From contig JAZTWO010000041.1 in assembly GCA_045635885.1 (NCBI GenBank), positions 1 through 61,469 of the forward strand: 61,469 nt of DNA, read 5' to 3'. Source of the DNA: Eubacteriales bacterium (GTDB taxonomy: Bacteria; Bacillota; Clostridia; Oscillospirales; CAG-272). Below, piece after piece: positions 55,788 to 61,469 of this stretch. The number at the start of each line of letters is the position of its first letter. Position 1 is the stretch's first letter. The notes beneath the pieces are model-generated. The model did not search any database, was not told where the DNA came from, and was given only the letters and a program-made list of their open reading frames with translations. Position numbers and translations under genes: made by a program.

Positions 55788-57695
55788 TTATTCGCCTGTA
55801 TAGCCCCAAACAACAGGACAATCATAACTGTTCCACCAGGAATTCCACCCGCTTGGCTTAGAAGATGCTTCACAGTAAATTGTAAGGGATGTACAATCTT
55901 GGAATACCCCAGAATCAATACTTGTTACTGAATCAGGGATTACTATGCTTGCAAGAGATGTGCAATCACGGAATGCCCAAACACCAATACTTGTTACTGA
56001 ATCGGGTATTACTACACTTGTAAGTGATGTGCAATAAGCAAATGCATAACCACCAATACTTGTTACTGAATCGGGGATTACTACACTTGTAAGGGATGTG
56101 CAATTATAGAATGCATGACTACCAATACTTGTTACTGAATCGGGGATTGTAAATAATTTTGCTTCTTTTCCTATCGCATATTGTATTAATATTGTTCCAT
56201 TTTTGCTATAAAGATTTCCATCAATAGATTTATAATGCTGATTGTTTGTGTCAACCTCTATGCTTGTAAGGGATGTGCAATTATCAAATGCATATTTACC
56301 AATGCTTGTTACTGAATCGCCTATCTCTACACTTGTAAGGGCTGAGCAATATTCGAATGCATATTCACCAATACTTGTTACTGAATCGGGAATTACTATG
56401 CTTGTAAGGGATGTGCAATCAGAGAATGCAGAATTACCAATACTTGTTACTGAATCGGGTATTACTACACTTGTAAGAGATGCGCAATCACGGAATGTAT
56501 CATCACCAATACTTGTTACTGAATCTGGTATTACTACACTTGTAAGCGATGCGCAACCACGGAATGCATCATCACCAATACTTGTTACTGAATCAGGTAT
56601 TACTACGCTTGTAAGGGATGTGCAAAACCCGAATGCACCAGCACCAATACTTGTTACTGAATCGGGTATTCCTATGCTTGCAAGGGATGTACAATTACGG
56701 AATACAGAATTACCAATACTTGTTATTGAATCGGGTATCACTATGCTTGCAAGGGATGTGCAATTATCGAATGCATTATTACCAATGCTTGTTACTGAAT
56801 TTGGTATTTCTATGCTTGTAAGTGATGTGCAATTATAGAATGCAGAATTACCAATACTTGTTACCGAATCGCCTATCTCTACACTTGTAAGGGATTTGCA
56901 CTTATAGAATGTGTACATACCAATACTTGTTATTGAATCGGGTATCACTATGCTTGCAAGGGATGTGCAATTATCGAATGCATTATTACCAATGCTTGTT
57001 ACTGAATTTGGTATCTCTATGCTTTTTAGAGATGTACAATAACGGAATGCAAGCTCACCAATACTTGTTACTGAATCGGGGATTACTATGCTTGTAAGAG
57101 ATGAGCAGAACGCGAATGTAGCATTACCAATACTTGTTACTGAATCACCTATCTCTACGCTTGTAAGTGATTCGCAATTTTTGAATGCCCAATTACCAAT
57201 CCTTGTTACTGAATCACCTATCTCTACACTTACAAGTGATTTGCAACCATAGAATGCAGAATTACCAATACTTGTTACCGAATCGCCTATCTCTACACTT
57301 GTAAGAAATCGGCAATTATAAAATGCATTATCACCAACACTTGTTACCGAATCTCCTATCACTACACTTGTAAGAAATCGGCAATCATAAAATGCATTAT
57401 CACCAATGCTTGTTACTGAATTGGGGATTAGTATACTTGTAAGTGATTTGCATTTTTTGAATGCATTACGACGAATACTCGTCACAGGTAACTCGTTATA
57501 AGTTGATGGAATAATGATATCCGTATCTGTGCAAGTTCCAATGCCTGTTACAGAGTAACTTTGACCGTCTGCATTTAATGAAAATTCAAGACTTTCCAAT
57601 ACTGCGTTATGTTCAATATTTTCATTACCACCGCAAGAAGTTATCGTAAGTGCTAAAGCAATTGAAATTAATATAAATAATAAAACTTTTTTCAT
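55788..57695 (-). CDS. 635-aa BspA/TpLRR surface lipoprotein
   Basis: Lipobox ITSC; about 20 tandem 23-aa LRRs; TIYCEASSKPSGW...VVWGYTGE cap. Confidence 0.92.
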   Translation of the reverse strand: MKKVLLFILISIALALTITSCGGNENIEHNAVLESLEFSLNADGQSYSVTGIGTCTDTDIIIPSTYNELPVTSIRRNAFKKCKSLTSILIPNSVTSIGDNAFYDCRFLTSVVIGDSVTSVGDNAFYNCRFLTSVEIGDSVTSIGNSAFYGCKSLVSVEIGDSVTRIGNWAFKNCESLTSVEIGDSVTSIGNATFAFCSSLTSIVIPDSVTSIGELAFRYCTSLKSIEIPNSVTSIGNNAFDNCTSLASIVIPDSITSIGMYTFYKCKSLTSVEIGDSVTSIGNSAFYNCTSLTSIEIPNSVTSIGNNAFDNCTSLASIVIPDSITSIGNSVFRNCTSLASIGIPDSVTSIGAGAFGFCTSLTSVVIPDSVTSIGDDAFRGCASLTSVVIPDSVTSIGDDTFRDCASLTSVVIPDSVTSIGNSAFSDCTSLTSIVIPDSVTSIGEYAFEYCSALTSVEIGDSVTSIGKYAFDNCTSLTSIEVDTNNQHYKSIDGNLYSKNGTILIQYAIGKEAKLFTIPDSVTSIGSHAFYNCTSLTSVVIPDSVTSIGGYAFAYCTSLTSVVIPDSVTSIGVWAFRDCTSLASIVIPDSVTSIDSGVFQDCTSLTIYCEASSKPSGWNSWWNSYDCPVVWGYTGE

Positions 57696-57802
57696 AATTT
57701 TTCCTCACGTTTCAGCCCGTCGGCATTTATACCTACATTTTACCACCACTTGAATATTTTGTCAACACATTAATATTTGTGATTTCTATTGTGTTACACG
57801 TT

Positions 57803-57989
57803 GTTAGTGCAAACATCACGGCTATGTAACTTTAAATATCAAAACCCTTTTGTCGCTTTTTCTTTTGAGAAAGTAGCCCCAAAAGAAAAAGCTTTGCAAA
57901 AAGAAAACGGGCATTTTGTGCTCAAGCCGCTTGGCTTCCGCTTTTGAAAAAGCGGAGCAAAACAACAGCTTTGGTTAATGTAAACATCA
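57803..57989. repeat. Multi-hairpin non-coding element flanked by 16-bp imperfect direct repeats
   Basis: GTTAGTGCAAACATCA and GTTAATGTAAACATCA; hairpins at 57855-92 and 57937-56; shares CGCTTTTGAAAAAGC-N3-GCAAAAC with the 400-nt element. Confidence 0.65.
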
Positions 57990-58016
57990 AAAAAAAGGCA
58001 GGTTCCCTGCCGTTTT
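57990..58016 (-). terminator. alaS terminator
   Basis: GGCAGG-ttc-CCTGCC with a T-run on the minus strand. Confidence 0.8.
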
Positions 58017-58045
58017 CATCTATTTATTATAATAGTTTTATCCAA

Positions 58046-60676
58046 TTATTTTGACATTGTTTCAACAATTTCCTCTGCTTTTGTCAAAGCTTCGTCAATC
58101 TTGCTTACGTCAACACCACCTGCCATAGCAGAGTCGGGACGTCCACCGCCCTTGCCGCCTGTAACTGCCGCAACAGCGCCAACAAGCTTGCCTGCGTGAA
58201 CACCGTTTGCAACCGCGTCCTTACCTGCAACTGCGATAAAGTTGAGCTTACCGTTAGCATTAACCGCAAGAACCGCAACTGTATCAGAATGCTCTGCCTT
58301 AATCTTGTCGCCAAGTGTTCTTGCACTGTCAACGTCCATGCCTTCGGCATTAAATGCGATAAGTTTAACGCTCTTAATCTGCTTTGCAGATCCAAGAACT
58401 CCATCAAGCTTTGAAGCTGCAATCTTGTTATTAAGCGCTTCAATTTCCTTCTTAAGTGAAGCAATTTCGCCCATAACTGCCCCTGCTCTCTTTGCAAGGT
58501 CATTTGTATTGGGAACTTTAAGCTCTGCAGCCGCCTGATTGATAAGTGCATCTCTTGTTGCAAGAACGTGAAGAACGCCAAGACCTGTTACCGCTTCAAT
58601 TCTTCTTACGCCTGCCGCAACGGATGATTCACTTGTAATCTTGAAAAGACCAATCTTGCCTGTGTTGTCACAGTGTGTACCACCGCAAAGCTCGGTTGAG
58701 AAGTTGCCCATCTTAACTACACGAACAGTCTTGCCATACTTTTCGCCAAAGAGTGCCATAGCGCCCTCTTTTCTTGCGCTTTCAATGTCCATTTCTCTTG
58801 TAACGATTTCGTTAGCCGCAAGAATGTGAGCATTAACAAGCATTTCAACTTCCTTAAGCTCATTTTCAGTAAGAGCAACAAAGTGTGTAAAGTCAAATCG
58901 GCAAACGTTTTCGTCAACGTAAGAGCCCGCCTGCTCAACATGTGTGCCAAGAACTGTACGAAGAGCCGCCTGAAGCAAGTGAGCCGCAGAGTGATTTCTC
59001 TTAATAGCATCACGGCGAGAATCAAGAATATCTGCAGTAACCACATCACCAACGTTCAATGTGCCATTGGCAACTGTGCAAAGGTGAATGTAAACACCGT
59101 CAGTTTTCTTTGTATCATATACGTTAAGAAGCAAGTTTTCTGCATAGATTGTACCACAGTCGCCAACCTGACCGCCGCCCTCTCCATAGAAAGGAGTCTT
59201 GTCAAGCACAACTGTGCAATCGCCCTCGTTAACGGAGTCAACACTCTCATCATTAACAAGAATTGCAACAACCTTTGCTTCTGTTCTGTAATCTGTATAA
59301 CCTGTAAATTCGGTTTTGGGAAGATCTGCAAGAATGTTCTTTGAGTTGTCGGACCAACCGCTAATATTAGCTCTTGCCTCTCTTGCTCTTGTTCTCTGGT
59401 CGAGCATAAGCGCCTTAAATGCTTCCTCGTCAATCTTAAGATGATTTTCTTCTGCGATTTCTCTTGTCAAATCAATGGGGAAACCAAATGTGTCATAGAG
59501 CTTGAATACTTCTTCACCTGAAATTGTGTCGCTATTTTCATTAATAGCATTGCGAACAAGCTCAGAAAGGATTGAAAGACCTGCATCGATTGTTGCATCA
59601 AATCTTTCTTCTTCCATAGAAAGCACCTTGCGGATGTAATCGCCCTTTTCTGAAAGCTCGGGATAAGCCGCACAGCTTTCGTTAATTGCAACGTTAACCA
59701 TATCAACAAGGAATGCGTGATTGATGCCGAGAAGCTTTCCATGACGACAAGCACGACGAATAATTCTACGAAGAACGTATCCTCTGCCTTCGTTTGAAGG
59801 AATAACGCCATCCGCAATCATAAACATTGCGCTTCTTGTGTGGTCTGTGATAACACGAATAGAAATATCGTTGTTAGCATCGTTTCCGTATGTCTTGCCG
59901 CTAATTTCGCAAACCTTATCAATAATTCTTCTGATTGAGTCAACCTCAAACATATTGTCAACACCCTGCATTACGCACGCAAGACGTTCAAGACCCATAC
60001 CTGTGTCGATATTCTTTTGTGCAAGCTCCTCATATGTGCCGTCGCCCATATTGTTGAACTGTGAGAATACGTTGTTCCAAATTTCCATATATCTGTCGCA
60101 TTCGCAACCGGGCTTACAATTGGGATCACCACAACCGTACTTTTCGCCACGGTCAAAGTAGATTTCAGAACAAGGACCGCAAGGACCTGTACCGTGTTCC
60201 CAGAAGTTGTCTGCCTTGCCCATACGAACAACGTGGTCAGGGTTAACACCAATGTGATTTACCCAAATGTCATAGGATTCGTCGTCCTGCTCATAAATTG
60301 AGGGCCAAAGAAGATTTTCGGGAATTTCAAGCTCTTTTGTAAGGAATTCCCAGCACCATTCGATTGCTTCTACCTTGAAGTAGTCGCCAAATGAGAAGTT
60401 TCCGAGCATTTCAAAGAATGTGCCGTGACGAGCTGTGTGACCAACTCTTTCAAGGTCGGGTGTTCTGATACACTTTTGACATGTGCAAACTCTGTTTCTT
60501 GGTGGCTCTTCTTCACCGGTGAAGTATTTCTTCATAGGTGCCATACCGGAGTTAATAAGAAGCAAAGATTTGTCGTTAATAGGAACAAGTGGGAAGGATT
60601 TAAGTCTCAAATGTCCTTTTTTTTCAAAGAATGAGAGATAGCTTTCTCTCAAATCATTAAGTGATGTCCATTTCAT
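58046..60676 (-). CDS. alaS: Alanine-tRNA ligase
   Basis: NSGMAPMK, RHGTFFEMLGNFSFGDYFK, IDTGMGLER, editing HSAAH and ELCGGTH, C-terminal GGKGGG. Confidence 0.98.
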   Translation of the reverse strand: MKWTSLNDLRESYLSFFEKKGHLRLKSFPLVPINDKSLLLINSGMAPMKKYFTGEEEPPRNRVCTCQKCIRTPDLERVGHTARHGTFFEMLGNFSFGDYFKVEAIEWCWEFLTKELEIPENLLWPSIYEQDDESYDIWVNHIGVNPDHVVRMGKADNFWEHGTGPCGPCSEIYFDRGEKYGCGDPNCKPGCECDRYMEIWNNVFSQFNNMGDGTYEELAQKNIDTGMGLERLACVMQGVDNMFEVDSIRRIIDKVCEISGKTYGNDANNDISIRVITDHTRSAMFMIADGVIPSNEGRGYVLRRIIRRACRHGKLLGINHAFLVDMVNVAINESCAAYPELSEKGDYIRKVLSMEEERFDATIDAGLSILSELVRNAINENSDTISGEEVFKLYDTFGFPIDLTREIAEENHLKIDEEAFKALMLDQRTRAREARANISGWSDNSKNILADLPKTEFTGYTDYRTEAKVVAILVNDESVDSVNEGDCTVVLDKTPFYGEGGGQVGDCGTIYAENLLLNVYDTKKTDGVYIHLCTVANGTLNVGDVVTADILDSRRDAIKRNHSAAHLLQAALRTVLGTHVEQAGSYVDENVCRFDFTHFVALTENELKEVEMLVNAHILAANEIVTREMDIESARKEGAMALFGEKYGKTVRVVKMGNFSTELCGGTHCDNTGKIGLFKITSESSVAAGVRRIEAVTGLGVLHVLATRDALINQAAAELKVPNTNDLAKRAGAVMGEIASLKKEIEALNNKIAASKLDGVLGSAKQIKSVKLIAFNAEGMDVDSARTLGDKIKAEHSDTVAVLAVNANGKLNFIAVAGKDAVANGVHAGKLVGAVAAVTGGKGGGRPDSAMAGGVDVSKIDEALTKAEEIVETMSK

Positions 60677-60732
60677 TTTTTATGTTTCCTTTCGGTTAAT
60701 AATTTCAAAGTTAAGATGTTATCTTTCAATAA

Positions 60733-60985
60733 AATAAAAAGCCCTCACGTCAAATGCATAAGCATAAGGACGAGAGCGCTCGTGATACCACCTTATTTCG
60801 CCATTTTCTCACAAAAATGACCTCATCAGCTAACTAATAGCCCACGCTTTAACGGGCGAACCCGACTTTCCTTTCGGAAGCAACTCAAGGATAGCTTCAC
60901 GCTCCGCACCCAACTGCCTCGCACCAACCGACAGCTCTCTGAACAAGCTCAAGAACGCTACTTATTCCTATCAACGTTTTTCATA
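60733..60985 (-). promoter_or_regulatory. T-box leader with Ala (GCU) specifier
   Basis: Stem I with AGTA, AGAGA and GGTG motifs; GAA-GCT-ATCC specifier (60893-95); T-box AAGGTGGTATCACG (60781-94); terminator; promoter TTGACA-17-TATTAT at 60993-61021. Confidence 0.93.
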
Positions 60986-61322
60986 CATAGATATAATATC
61001 AAAAAAGAAGAGTTTTGTCAATAGATTTGATAAAAAAAACACACAAAATTCAACCACTTATTCAAATCTTCTCGCAAAATGAACATATATACTTTTTCAA
61101 TTGTTAACTAAATGTAAATTCGTCACAATTTTATTAATAATGCTAATTTTTTATCTTTTTCGCCTTGATTTATATTCTCCCTTATGCTATACTTTATGTG
61201 GTATTAGAATAACTATAATATTTCCCTACATTTATATATGTGACGGTAACGAAAGGACATAAATTTTGTGTCTTTTCGTTACCGAAAATTGAAGTTCACA
61301 TAATAAAGAAAGGAAAAACATT

Positions 61323-61469
61323 ATGACTAACAACTCTATTTTCACAAGAGTGCTTGCTCTTATGATTTGCTTTATCATGCTTGTTGGCGGACTTACCGCT
61401 TGCTTTGGTGAAGTTGATCATGAAAACGTAGTAGGCACTACAACAACTAACGGTGAAGTTGTGACAACA
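61323..61469 (+). CDS. Lipoprotein, N-terminal fragment running off the window end
   Basis: MTNNSIFTRVLALMICFIMLVGGLTAC lipobox, Thr-rich linker, RBS AAAGGA; promoter TTGATT-17-TATACT at 61165-93. Confidence 0.8.
   Translation, partial: MTNNSIFTRVLALMICFIMLVGGLTACFGEVDHENVVGTTTTNGEVVTT

Noticed and set aside
56242-56838. 198-aa antisense ORF with repeats, and similar ones at 28202, 35531 and 35936
   Set aside because: Shadow frames of the repetitive LRR genes; no RBS or promoter.
55788-57600. Diversity-generating retroelement acting on LRR codons (many variable codons are NNT)
   Set aside because: No reverse transcriptase or template repeat in the window. Synonymous adenines in the framework (TCA GTA ACA) stay conserved, unlike adenine-directed mutagenesis, and an NNT bias is expected in AT-rich DNA.

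Overview
AT-rich chromosomal window from a Clostridia-like Firmicute (PolC, RNase J, T-box, AbrB, rnfCDGEAB, sigma-A promoters), possibly a spore-forming gut or rumen anaerobe. Most of it is housekeeping: ktrAB-glucokinase, tRNA-Met and tRNA-Glu, a PrsA-like foldase, rnj, mreD/PBP2, the rnf operon, rnpB, TPP riboswitch-thiT, pyrH-frr-uppS-cdsA-dxr-rseP-ispG-polC-pth-mfd, wecB, galK-MBL-rlmH and T-box-alaS. There is no integrase, transposase, reverse transcriptase or CRISPR array. Four things are not explained by the gene list. (1) A ~400-nt non-coding element occurs twice in opposite orientation (<1-416 and 15833-16231), with long terminal inverted arms and internal stems showing compensatory base changes; short pieces of it recur at 33388-33406 and in 57803-57989. 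(2) Three modular BspA/TpLRR surface lipoproteins share caps, and their repeats have a homogenised DNA framework with hypervariable codons. (3) An orphan cI/LexA-like S24 repressor faces a small membrane-protein gene across five TTCC-N6-GGAA boxes. (4) Several RNA structures are unusual (rnpB insertions, rnj leader), and a 30-aa Cys-rich small ORF is missing from the ORF track. All calls come from reading the sequence by eye; no database search or folding program was run.
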